64,000 nt of DNA. Origin: Hyaloraphidium curvatum SAG 235-1 (lineage: Eukaryota; Fungi; Monoblepharomycota). Position numbers and translations under genes: made by a program. This document shows, piece after piece, positions 13,801 through 24,586 of the stretch. The notes beneath the pieces are model-generated. The model did not search any database. It saw nothing but the letters and a program-made list of their open reading frames with translations, and was not told the DNA's origin. Location: positions 124,001-188,000 of the forward strand of contig JAIVFI010000001.1 of NCBI GenBank assembly GCA_025558095.1. Direction: 5' to 3'. Position 1 is the first letter of the stretch. The number at the start of each line of letters is the position of its first letter.

Positions 13801-16233
13801 CAGCAGAAGCCGCCCCGCTCGTCGCCGAACGGGACGGAGCCCGACGGGCAGCTGAAGCGGCTCCCGCCCTTGCAGAGCTCCGAATCCTCGGCGTCGGGGT
13901 TCTGCGTGTGCGCGAGGTTCAGTCGGTCGTCTGGTTACGAAGCCCAGCAGTCGCCACGTACCCTCGGGAACGCGCACGAATCGCCGCTGCACTTGCCGTT
14001 GCTGACCTTGCCGTTGCAGCAGAAGGCACTTTCGGCGGTGCCGACTTTGGAACAGGTCAACTTCGACAACTCCAAAGACGTGAACGAGAACCCACATGGC
14101 GTCGTCCCGCTCGGGCAGATGAAGTTGAGCATCTTGCGCGGGTCCACGGGCCCGAAGCTGCCGTCGCTGGGCGGCAGCTTTGCCGGCGCCGGCGCGTTGC
14201 TCCGGAAGGCATCGCTCAACGACGGCGGCGGAGCGGCCTCGGCGCCGCAGGTGGGGACGTTGGCACCGAGCCCCCTGCGCGTGTTCTGGCAGATGGGTCA
14301 GCGACGCGGCCCAAAGGCCAAGCCGGAATCAACCCACCCCAGTAATCGCGCACATCTGCCCCGTGCACGCCATCCCCCCGGGCACGACCGTCCCCTTGCA
14401 GCAGTACCCGCCGAGCACGTCGCCAAACGCCTTCTGGCCGATCGGGCACTGGATCTCCGACCCGCCCGTGCAGTACTGGAACGTGGCGCCCGGCCTGCGC
14501 GGCGTCTTGGGGAAGGCGCAGTTGGTGCCGGGGCAGCTGGCTCCGGCAAGCGCCACGGAGCAGCAGAAGCCGCCGTTGGTGAGGTCGCCGTAGGCAAAGG
14601 TGTTTGGCGGGCACTGGTACGTCCGCGGCGCCTGCATCCACTCCGCGAGCTGCCGCGGAAAGTCCACCGCGGGCGCGAGCTGCGGCGGCATCGAGGGCGG
14701 GACGAAGCCCTTGAGGTTGAGCTTGGGCGCGACGAAGCCGTTGCCGACGATCTTGGGCACGCCCGCCGGGACGGCGGGCGAGGGAAGCGCCGGCGGCCTG
14801 CCCATCTGCTGCATCTTCTTGATGTTCTTCAGGAACGAGGCGCCCATGCGCCTGCCCAGCGGGTGCGGCTTGGCGTCGCCGTCCCGCCTGACGAGCAGGC
14901 GCCGTCCTGCGCCGCGCTTGCCGGATGCACGGCTGCGTCGCAGCCGCGAGCGCGCCCTCCGCTCCTCGGATTCCTCCTCGGCCTCGGCCTCTTCTTCCGG
15001 TTCGGCTTCCTCCTCCGGTTCGGCCGCCTCTTCCGACTCGCCCTCCCCGCCTTCGCCCTCGTCCCCGCCCTCCCCCGCCTCCGCATCGGGCCCGAACCCG
15101 ATGATGACCCGCTTTCCCTTGAGCCCCAGATCCTTCACGGGCCCCGTCACGCATCCCAGCGCGGCCACCAGCTTCTCCGGCAGCCCCTTGTCCGCCGCCA
15201 ACGCAGCCACGTCCGTGACCACCAGGACGGCCGGGTCGGCCTCGGCGTCGTCCCCGCGCACGGAGGCGCACGCGCTGGCGACGGCGGCTTTCTCCTCCCC
15301 CGTGAGGCCCTTGATGGAGTCCTGGGCCACGGAGCAGAGGGAGAGGGCGAGGCCGGCGGTGGAGGGCCGGTCGAGGAGGGACTGGGCTTTCGCGGGGGTG
15401 ACGCCGAGGAGGCCTGCGAGGTTTTGCAGGGCTTCGGCGGGCTCGGGGGGCTCTTCCGGTTCCTCCTCGGCTGTGGGGCAGCGGGGAATGCGTGAGCAGG
15501 GGTGCGTAGAAGCGCTGGGGGTTTGGGGCGCCGACCTTCCTCTTCCTCCACCTCCGCCGGCTCTTCCTCCTCGGCCGGCTCTTCTTCCTCCGGCTCATCC
15601 TCCTCCGGCTCTTCCTCCGGCTCTTCCTCCTCAGCTTGTTCCTCTTCTTCGGCGGCCTCCTCCTCGGGTTCTTCCTCGGCCTCTTCCTCGCCGGACTCCT
15701 CTTCAGCGGGCTCTTCCTCCTCGGGAGCCTCCTCTTCCGGCTCTTCCTCCTCGGCGGGTTCTTCCTCCTCGGGTTCGTCCTCGGAAACTTCTTCCTCGGG
15801 TTCTGACGAGCGATTTCAGCGCGACAAGCGGAGTCTGGGGAACGGGAGACGCACCCTCGGCCTCCTCGGCCTCCTCCTCCTCTGCCGGCTCCTCCTCGGC
15901 CTCTTCCTCCTCCGGCTCTTCCTCCGGCTCTTCCTCTTGCTCTTCTTCCTCCTCGGGCTCGTCCTCCTCCTCCTCGACGACCTTCTTGCCCTTCCCTTTG
16001 GCGATTGCCTTGGCGTTGCTCTTGGCCGCCCGCGGCACCATCCTCGGCGCGGCCCCGGCGCGCACACGCGGCAGCACGGCGTCCTTCCGCATCGGCGCGG
16101 CGGGCAGCGCGTCGGCGGTCCGCACGGCGGTCGGCCAGATGTCCACGGCGAGTGCGAGGAAGGCGACCGCGAGGACCGCGCCGAAGAGCGCCCGCGGCGC
16201 CCGTCGCCGCCCCCGCGGCCGGAGTCGCGCCAT
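7853..16233 (-). CDS. Giant secreted multidomain protein, paralog B (~15 introns)
   Basis: ATG 16233 (MARLRPRG...LFGAVLAVAFLALAV), then Glu-rich tract, four 6-Cys modules, beta-rich core, amphipathic helices and C-terminal beta-trefoil-like domains. TGA at 7853-7855. GT-AG introns match those of paralog C. Confidence 0.9.
15530..15975 (-). repeat. Coding Glu-rich (EEEP/EEEA) low-complexity repeat in paralog B
   Basis: Degenerate GAGGAAGAGCCG-type repeats, interrupted by an intron. Confidence 0.85.
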
Positions 16234-16771
16234 CGCGGCTGGCCGGCTTTGGACCGAGCTCACGACGCGGCCTGGCAGGGTCAGTTAGGGTGGGACGAGG
16301 GCAGGAAGCGATCCGTGCGCAGCGCCAACGTTCGGTGGACCCGCTTTCGTACCGCGAAAGGACTACCTTCGCACGGAAGCAGGACGCCGCAAAAACCGAC
16401 AAGGAACGGGTAAGCCGATCTACATTAGCACGTCTGATCATGATCCGGGGGCTCCGGGGCCGGATTCGTCAGTTCGCGACGATGGGGGCTTGTGACTCCC
16501 TGGGTGACTCCACGCACGAAGGGACGCCGAAAGCCAGCGAAAGCTTCCATCATGCCTAGAGCATCCTTTCGCTTGTCAGCAAATGGCATGGTGTCGTGCA
16601 GTCGATTATACTGGTCGACGGATGGTCCGGGGGAAGCAACTCGGACCGAGCAGCACAGCCACGATTCGCGCAACGCCCGCTGGATCGACCTGTTTCTCCC
16701 ACCCCATCGCCGCCTCGCCGGGCGTTCTCCTCGCGCCATCTCCCGTCTACCCCCTCTCGACACCTCCCGCA

Positions 16772-18091
16772 ATGTCGGCCGACCTCGCGAACCCCTCTTT
16801 TTCCGTCAAGCGGAACGCCATCGGCACCACCCGCCTCGACGACACCAAGCTCTCCTCTGAGCTCGCCGACGGCGAGGCCCTTCTCCGCATCGAACGCTTC
16901 GGGTTCACGTCCAACAATGTGACGTACGCGGCCATCGGGGACAGGTTCAAGTGGGTCCATTTGCCGCGGAACCGACCACCGTCGTTGACAATCCGACTTG
17001 GTCCCCCTTTCGTCCCGCTTTCGGCCTCGTTCTGTCATTTCTGCCTTTCGTGTGAAGGTACTTTGACTTCTTCCCGGCACCCGAGGGCTTCGGCGTGATG
17101 CCCGTGTGGGGCATTGCGGTCGTCGAAAAGACCACGCCCGCCGCCAAGCTCGCCGCCGGGGAGCGCGTCTACGGCTACTGGCCCGTCGACAAGTGGATCA
17201 AGTTCAGGCCCGAGGCCGTCACCGCCTCCGGCTTCCGCGTGGACAGGCCCCAAATGGACAGGAGCATGGCCATCTACTCCAACTACACCCGGCTCGGGGC
17301 GGACCCGGCGTACGACCCGTCGGGCGACGACTTTGAGTGCCTCTTCCGGCCGCTTTGGACGACCGGGTTCTGGCTCGGCGACGTCGTCCTGAACCACCAG
17401 CCGCGCCTCTACGGCGCCAAGCACGTCATAATCACTTCGGCCTCGGCCAAGACCTCCTACTCGGCCGGCTTCTGCACGCTCTTCATGGACAAGACCGTCT
17501 CCGTCGTCGGTCTGACCTCGCAGCGCAACAAGTCGTTCGTGGAATCCATGATCGGCGTGTGCTACACCTCCGTCGCGACGTACGACGACCTGGACTCGCT
17601 CCCGCCCGCCTCGGAGGGCGTCGTCATCGTCGACGTCGCCGGCGACCAGAAGGTCCTCCAGTCGCTCTGGAAAAAGTACGGGGAAGAGGGGTGCAAGGGG
17701 ACCATCACCGTCGGCATGTCCCACTTCGACCCCGCGGCAGCCGGCGCCGCGCCCGCGCCGGGGGCCGTCGCGCCGATAAAGCAGGAGATGTTCTTCGCGC
17801 CCACCTGGTGAGAAACGCCTTCCAGACACTGAGTTTGGCAGGTCTGACTCAATGCAATCCAGGATCGTGCAGCGCACCAAGGAGCTCGGGCCCGAGGCCG
17901 TGGAGAAGCTCCGTTCCGCAGCCTGGGCGGCCTCGAAGTCGAACTTCCCCAAGTGGGTGGGGAAGGTCACCCACGCCTTCGGCCCCAAGGAATTCGAGGA
18001 GGTCTACCTCAAGATGCTCAACGGCAAGACGGACGGCAGCGAGGGTTTCATCGGGTCGATGTGGGCAAAGGGCGAGGCCGCCAAGATCTGA
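16772..18091 (+). CDS. DUF2855 family protein (3 exons; introns ~16951-17057 and 17808-17862)
   Basis: Motifs RFGFTSNNVTYA, YFDFFP, PVWG, GERVYGYWP, LFRPLWTTGFWL, TSASAKTS, VGLTS..N..FV and FFAP match my recollection of DUF2855. Splicing restores a single frame. Confidence 0.85.
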
Positions 18092-18211
18092 GGTCTTGAT
18101 GAAAAAACCAGCAATGGGACTTGGACCGCAAGTGGCTTGATTCACCATTGTATCAAGCGGGCAGACCAACAACAGACAGATCAGACAGAGCCACAACGAC
18201 CTTCTCAGGCC

Positions 18212-20283
18212 CTATTCCGCTTTCTTGACATCCTCCTTTGCCGTCTCCGTCAGCCCCGGCTGCGGATTCGGAATGTCCGACGTCGCAGCGGGTGCCACCG
18301 ACGGCGACGCCCTCACGACCGACGATGGCGCACCCGCTGCGCTCGCCTCCGCCCCCTCGACGCCCTCGGCCACGGCCGGCACCGCGCTTTCCTGCGCCGA
18401 ACCGCCCACCTCCGGCATCTCGATCCCCGCGATCGACTCCCCCAGGCTCCCGTTGGTGCTCCTCCTCTTCAGCTCCGCCCCCTCCTCCGCCGGCACCGCC
18501 CCGATCGCCTCCGGGAACGCCTCGGCGCTCCCTCCCCGCGGGTACTTCCTCCGCAGGCTGCCGCGGTACTCCTGCTGCGCCATGCCGAGCGAGTACTTGC
18601 GCTTCAGCACGTCCTGGTCCAGCTCCCACGCGTGCGAGGTGAGCACGTCGAGGGCGAAGCCGACGGTGGACTTGCGGGTCAGCGCGCGCTGGGCGCGCTG
18701 CGAGGAGGTGGAGACGTTGCGCGCGTGCCGGGCGGGGGGAGGGAGGCCCGAAGCGTCGCCGGCGGTGGTGGGGTATGCGCCGTCGAGATCGGTGTCGGTG
18801 CGGAAGGTGACGCCCGTCGTGTGCGCACGGCGGAGGGAGCCCTCGCCAGAGTGCACGCGGTCCTCGGTCGTCAGCATCTCGGGGGGCACCACGACCGCGT
18901 CGGTCAGGAGGGTGCTGGCCGACAGCGGGGCCGCCTCCGCCGCCGCGACAGCGCCGACCATGGTTGCTGCTGTCCCGGGGTTTACGGCCGAGGATTGCCG
19001 CCGCAGCAGCGACGTGCCGTTCTCCTTCATCGACATCGCCCGCTTGTCCTCCATCTCGGCCATCTCCTTGTCCTCGTCCCCGTCCTCATCCAGGTGGAGC
19101 ATGTTGCCGTCCACCAGCACGTCGTCGTCCTCGCCCTCCTCTGCCTGCCCGGGCCGGAACAGCTCCTTCACCTTCTTTGGCAGCGCGCGAAGGTTGAACG
19201 AATACAGGATCGCCACGCCGCAGGAGATGACCAGGAACCCCATGATAAGCGTGGCCACCTGCACGCCCGGGATGGTCGACGCGCCCGCGTACAGGAACGC
19301 AAACGTGATCATGGTCGCGGTGGTGAACATGACGTAGAAGATGGGCATGACGATGCCGGCGCCGTGGTCGGCCAGGGCGCGGTTGGTGGTGAGCACCTGG
19401 TAGACCGCGAGGACGGCGATGACGAGGACGAGCACGTAGAGGGACCAGTTCCTGAACGCGTTGTCGGTTTCCCAGTGCGAGAAGGAGTAGATGACCGAGG
19501 CGCCGACGGCGCCGGCGAGCTGGACGAGCCAGCTGCCGCCGATAGCGGCCGCGGTGATGTACACGAGGACTTGCAACGTGCGGGAGGTCAGCAACGCGAG
19601 TGCCGCCCCGAACGGCGCCACGAACCATTCTTCTTGCCGTACCGCGGGCCAAGGTACAGCGAGATCACGCCGAGGGCGATGAGGCACAGGATGGCCCACA
19701 GGATGGCCCACCACCGGGCCATGTAGTTCCAGAACATGCCGATGGTGTAGACCGGGTTCTCCGAGTTGGGGCTCTGCAGCACGACGACGATGGACCCGAT
19801 GACGGTCAGGAAGACGCCGACCTTGGCCTCGAACGACAGCTGCTCCTTGAGGAAGTAGGTCGACAGGATGGCCGTGACAAACACGGACATGGAGCCCATG
19901 GGCGCGACTAGCACCGAGGGCGCAAACGAGTAGGCCACCAGGTTGGTGACCTCGGCAAACACCATGCACGCGGTGCCGGTCCACCACACCCAGCTCTTGA
20001 GGTATTCGACGTGGCCGTGCTTGACCTCGCGGCCCTCGCGCAGCATCTTGACCTCGACGTCCAGGATGCCCTTCTTCTGCAGCACGAACGACACGCCGTT
20101 CAGGGTCGACGAGACGATGGCCATCGCCATGCCGATGTAGACGAAGTAGTCCGGGAAGCCGGAGCCACCGCTGCCGCCCGAGCGGCGTTCCAGCGCGGGC
20201 GACCGTGCGGGAACTGGCACAGCGGGGGGCAGCGCGGCGTGGCCGCCCGCGATAAGCGCCGGCGCGCCCGCAAACGGCGCCAT
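18212..20283 (-). CDS. NIPA-family magnesium transporter (intron 19570-19625), long disordered C-terminal tail
   Basis: IGMAMAIVSSTLNGVSFVLQKKG, EYLKSWVWWTG, NLVAYSFAPSVLVAPMG, YFLKEQL and MPIFYVMFTTAT are characteristic NIPA motifs. Multiple TM helices. Start codon inferred. Confidence 0.92.
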
Positions 20284-20477
20284 TGCGCGCGAAGCGGGTG
20301 TGCCCGCGGAATGCCGCGTGGCCGCGTGGCGGAAGCGGAGGAATGCGGCGATCGACGCGGAGGAGGGGTGGCCGCGATTGCGGTGGTGACTGACCGTGCG
20401 GAAACCTGGGCGGCTGACGGGCCGAGTCCGTGAGGCTGGACAAACAAAGCGTCCTATCCCCACGCAGACCGGCAAAG

Positions 20478-21968
20478 ATGCCTGGCTCTTCGGGCCCGGA
20501 CCCGGCTCGGGATGGAAAGCCGCCTGCCAAGATGTCGCTGCGGGCCCTCCCCTCCCCCGACGCCGTCGCGGCCTTCCGCGGAGTCACCGACCTCGACCTC
20601 AGCCGCGCCGGCCTGCATTCGCTACCCGGGTACCTCTTTTCCGCGGCCTCCCCCTTCGCGGATACGCTCGTCAAGCTGGACGTGTCGTTCAATGCCCTGT
20701 CGGCCCTGCCGGACGAGCTGGAGCGGTGCTCAAAGCTGAAGATCCTCTTCGCAGCGAAAAACTCTTTCGAGGCCTTGCCGGCGGTGCTCGGGAAGTTGCC
20801 CTCCCTGGGCATGGTGTCGTTCAAATCGAACCGTATCTCGGACGTGCCCGAAAACTCGCTGCCCCCGTCGGTCTACTGGCTCATCCTCACCGACAACGGC
20901 ATCTCCTCCCTCCCATCCTCTATAGGCCGCCTAGAAGGCCTGCGCAAGTGCATGCTGAGCTGCAACCGCCTCTCCGCCTTGCCGGAATCCATGGCCAACT
21001 GCACGCAGCTCGAGCTGCTCCGCCTGGCCGACAACGACTTCTCCTGCATCCCGCCGTTCCTCCTCTCCCTCCCCCGGCTCGCGTGGGTCGCTTTGGGAGG
21101 GAACCTGCTCCCGCCCAACAGCAAGACGGACCACCTGGAAACGCTGATCGCCGAGGTGCCCGCGGAGCACGTGGTCCCCCGCGACGCGGTGCACCTGGGA
21201 AAGCTGCTCGGAGAGGGCACCAGCGGCAAGATCTTCGAGGGCGTGCTGCGGCTCCCCGGGTCGGAAGAGGTTCCCTGCGCGGTCAAGACGTTCAAGGACA
21301 ACGTGACGACGTCGGACGGCCGCCCGATGGACGAGGCGCACGTGTGGACGCATTTGGAGGCGACCGAGACGCATTCGGAGCACCTCGTCCGCACGCTGGC
21401 GATCTACGCCGACGCCGCGGAGCACCAGCTCGGCGTTGTGATGGAGCGGCTGCCGGGGAGCGTGGCTGCGCTGGGCGGGCCGCCGTCGTTTGAATCCGTG
21501 ACGAGGGACGTCTACGATCCCGAGCGCGTGTTCGGCTCCGAGGAGCCCGCCTTGGAAAGGGACCTGGAGGTAGTGGCGGAGCTCGCGGCGGGATTTGCCG
21601 AGGCCATGGCGGCGCTGCACCGCGGCGGCGTGGTGCACGGCGATCTTTACGGGCACAACCTGCTGGTCACTGCGCCCGGGGAGCGGAGGACGGTCAAGAT
21701 GGGCGACTTCGGCGCGGGGTTCCTGCTTCCCCCGGACGAAACCGTCGCGGGAGCGCTGATGCGGATCGAGGTCCGCTCGTTCGGGTACTTCCTCGAGGAG
21801 ATGCTGGAGCTGCTCGCCGCGCGGCACGGGGAGCAACGAAGCGGGATGGTGGAGGGGATGCGGAAGCTGAGGGATCGGTGTTTGGCCGAGGACGTGGGGT
21901 CGAGGCCCCTGGCGGCCGCGGTGGCAGCGGAGATGCGGCACCTGCGTGGGAGGGCGCTGCCGAACTGA
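20478..21968 (+). CDS. Leucine-rich-repeat protein kinase (intronless; alternative start 20532)
   Basis: About 8 LRRs (e.g. WLILTDNGISSLPSSIG) followed by a kinase with GEGTSG, AVK, HGDLYGHN and GDFGAG. Confidence 0.92.
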   Translation: MPGSSGPDPARDGKPPAKMSLRALPSPDAVAAFRGVTDLDLSRAGLHSLPGYLFSAASPFADTLVKLDVSFNALSALPDELERCSKLKILFAAKNSFEALPAVLGKLPSLGMVSFKSNRISDVPENSLPPSVYWLILTDNGISSLPSSIGRLEGLRKCMLSCNRLSALPESMANCTQLELLRLADNDFSCIPPFLLSLPRLAWVALGGNLLPPNSKTDHLETLIAEVPAEHVVPRDAVHLGKLLGEGTSGKIFEGVLRLPGSEEVPCAVKTFKDNVTTSDGRPMDEAHVWTHLEATETHSEHLVRTLAIYADAAEHQLGVVMERLPGSVAALGGPPSFESVTRDVYDPERVFGSEEPALERDLEVVAELAAGFAEAMAALHRGGVVHGDLYGHNLLVTAPGERRTVKMGDFGAGFLLPPDETVAGALMRIEVRSFGYFLEEMLELLAARHGEQRSGMVEGMRKLRDRCLAEDVGSRPLAAAVAAEMRHLRGRALPN

Positions 21969-22022
21969 GCGCGGCGGCAAGAAGTAGGCCAGACCAGATC
22001 GCATAGACGACCTCCTACACAA

Positions 22023-22961
22023 CTATCCCTCCTCGACGCACTCGGCCATCGAGAGGATCCTCCGCCCCTGCGGGTTCGCAAACGGCCCGTCGGTGCCCAC
22101 CAGCGCGCGCGTCAGGTTGGCCGCCGACCGCGACGTCGACGCCACGGTATCGTGCATACAGAGGATCGACCCCGCGTCCGGGAACCCGTTGACGTAGATG
22201 GGGATCTCGCGCCCCGGATCGTCCATCCACCAGTCGATGCAGCCCGCGTTCCACATGACGATCGTGTAGCCCCGTTTCTCGAGGAACCGCCTGACGCCCG
22301 CGCTGACGGCCCCGTAGGGCGGGCGGAGGAGGTACGGCCGCCGGCCCGTGATCTCTTTGATGATCCTTTCGTTTTCCTCGATCTGGAACGCGAGTTCCGA
22401 AGTATTGCCCCGTGCGAAGAGGTCCGTCAGGTTGGCGTGCGAGTACGTGTGGCTGCCGATCGTGTGGCCCTCGGCGACCATGCGGCGGAGCACGTCGGGT
22501 GCCTGGACGGCGTTGATCCCCACGACGAAAAAGGTGGCCTTGACCCCGAGCTCCCTGAGCGAGTCGAGCAGCTCCGGCGTCGTGGCCGACGGCCCGTCGT
22601 CGAAAGTCAGCGCCACGCCGCGGTCCAGGGCGGGGCACGCGTAGAGAATCTGCCCGGGACGCGTGAACGGGTTGCCGCGGTGTTTGTGGGGGGCGACGAG
22701 CAGCGAGACGAGTTGGAGGGACAGTAGAGTGAAGAGGACCAGAAGGCCATTGGCGAGGAGCGCGTTACGGCGCGAGGCGACAAGGTTCGAGGCGTTGAAG
22801 CGCGTTTCAATGGCCGCTGCCGACAAGCGGCGGGTCCCAACGGCCGTCTGCGGTGGGCGTGTCCCGTAGGTCCGCGTTTCCGTGTGGCCGAGCAGCGGGT
22901 CGCCCGGCAGCGGGTCGGCCGAGTACGGCGGCGGGGCGGCGGCGTCCGAAGCGGCGACCAT
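22023..22961 (-). CDS. Polysaccharide/chitin deacetylase (CE4, NodB domain) with N-terminal TM anchor
   Basis: All five CE4 motifs are present: TFDDGP, HTYSH, LRPPYG, DW, MHD. Hydrophobic helix LLVLFTLLSLQLVSLLV. Start inferred at MVAAS. Confidence 0.93.
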   Translation of the reverse strand: MVAASDAAAPPPYSADPLPGDPLLGHTETRTYGTRPPQTAVGTRRLSAAAIETRFNASNLVASRRNALLANGLLVLFTLLSLQLVSLLVAPHKHRGNPFTRPGQILYACPALDRGVALTFDDGPSATTPELLDSLRELGVKATFFVVGINAVQAPDVLRRMVAEGHTIGSHTYSHANLTDLFARGNTSELAFQIEENERIIKEITGRRPYLLRPPYGAVSAGVRRFLEKRGYTIVMWNAGCIDWWMDDPGREIPIYVNGFPDAGSILCMHDTVASTSRSAANLTRALVGTDGPFANPQGRRILSMAECVEEG

Positions 22962-23272
22962 AGCTTTTGACGATAAATGCAGTACTATCAGACTCGCCAA
23001 GGCCGAGGGTGAGGAGGGAGACGGAACCGTTCTCGCCCTTCCCGTGCGTGTGGCAAGGGGGCGAGCAAGGGCAAAGCAAGGGCGAGTGACAACTCGAACG
23101 AAGGCCAGCATGCCTGACCATCCGAGATGAGAAACAGCCATTCAAACATTCTCGCTGTGCTATTCGGTTCAGCTACGTGCCCTTTCGAATTCTCTTCGAC
23201 CGATCTATCCGATTGACTGATTTGGTTGCGTAATCACTGCTTCTCCAGTCACCCCGGCAGCAAACGTAAGAG

Positions 23273-24349
23273 CTAGACGTTCGTGAAGAACACCTCATCA
23301 TTGCGTCCAATTATGTGCTCCGTACCGGGGTACTGGCCATGCTTGGCCGTTTCCTCGTCCATGTAGACCAAGTCCACGGCGAACTTGGCGGTCGATGACT
23401 CCCGCGAGGCAACAGAGAACGCGATGTAAGGTTGTACGAGAGTGTCAAAGAATGCGTACTTGTGCGAACCTTTGACAATGCCGTTGGGGTACGTGTCCAG
23501 ACCACCGAGTTCGGGGCTTCCAATTAGATCGCCCTGTTTGATGAAGCGTTCGAAAACGTCCTTCAGCTTCTCGCCCCGGAAAAGAACGAGATGTTTCCAG
23601 GGCTCCGAGATCCACATTTCCTTAGGAACCGTTCCTTTGATGGACGCCCAGAACGTGCACTCTTCCGGATCATGAGGATAGGTTGCTATGCGGCAGAGAG
23701 AAAAGCTCGAACACTCCAGGACACATTCGCCTCCTTCTTGTCCGTTCCAGTAGATCTCCGTTTCTATCTTGAACTTAATTGACGATGGCGATCGGATGAT
23801 GAACGGGGGAACCAGATGTGCCAGCTTCCCGGTCTTTCCGTCGTGCGCAGCGGATTTTTCGAAGGAGCTCGAGACCGCTTGGATCTTCTGGAGTGCTCCT
23901 CCGAAAACGTAGACGGGAAGGCGGGGAATGAGGGGCTGAAGCGATCCGGGCCGAGACGGAATGAAGTCCTCAGGGAGGCCGTAGAACTCGACGTCGGCGC
24001 GTAAACGCTTCCGCTTTCTGGGCGAGAGGTCCTGCCAGATGTCCCACGAAGGAGCAGGTCCGCCGCGCAGGTAGGGATCGATGTGCCTGCGGAAACGATG
24101 CACGTTGCGGTCGAGGGTGTAGACAGCCGGCAGCGCACTCTTTCCCTCGTTCAGTCCGCCCGGTCCGAAGTGGTGCGCAAAGATGGAGCTCGGCACGCGT
24201 GGTACTATGCCGGATCTGATGTACTGGAAGTCCCGGGTCTTCTCGCCGACGAAACGCACAGTGACGACGTCCGCCGCAGGAGAGCGAGCGGTGGCATCTC
24301 CCCCGGGGCTACTGTCGGTGCGGGCGCGCTTCGAGGTCTTCTCCGTCAT
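23273..24349 (-). CDS. BTB/POZ (KCTD-like) domain protein with unassigned C-terminus, intronless
   Basis: Uninterrupted ORF. PSSIFAHHF...YTLDRN..RFRRHIDPYLRGG...LRADVEFYGLP follows the BTB_2 pattern. Start could be at 24349 or 24484. Confidence 0.6.
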   Translation of the reverse strand: MTEKTSKRARTDSSPGGDATARSPAADVVTVRFVGEKTRDFQYIRSGIVPRVPSSIFAHHFGPGGLNEGKSALPAVYTLDRNVHRFRRHIDPYLRGGPAPSWDIWQDLSPRKRKRLRADVEFYGLPEDFIPSRPGSLQPLIPRLPVYVFGGALQKIQAVSSSFEKSAAHDGKTGKLAHLVPPFIIRSPSSIKFKIETEIYWNGQEGGECVLECSSFSLCRIATYPHDPEECTFWASIKGTVPKEMWISEPWKHLVLFRGEKLKDVFERFIKQGDLIGSPELGGLDTYPNGIVKGSHKYAFFDTLVQPYIAFSVASRESSTAKFAVDLVYMDEETAKHGQYPGTEHIIGRNDEVFFTNV

Positions 24350-24586
24350 TTTGTCGGTGCGTGGAGCCACAAAGGAGGCAGCCGGCGGTGTTCCGAACGT
24401 GATTAGGAGCCCGGGACAGAGGGAGGCGTCCGTTTCCGGCATGCGGGATGAAACTGTCTCCAACACGGATGATACGCTGGCCATGCTTCACGCGGATATC
24501 GCGCTGGATGCCGTTGATTTAGCTCGATTCGCGCGTTTCTGCGACCATAGTGCCACTTCCGTTGCTCCGGAGCGCGATTCTCCGGA

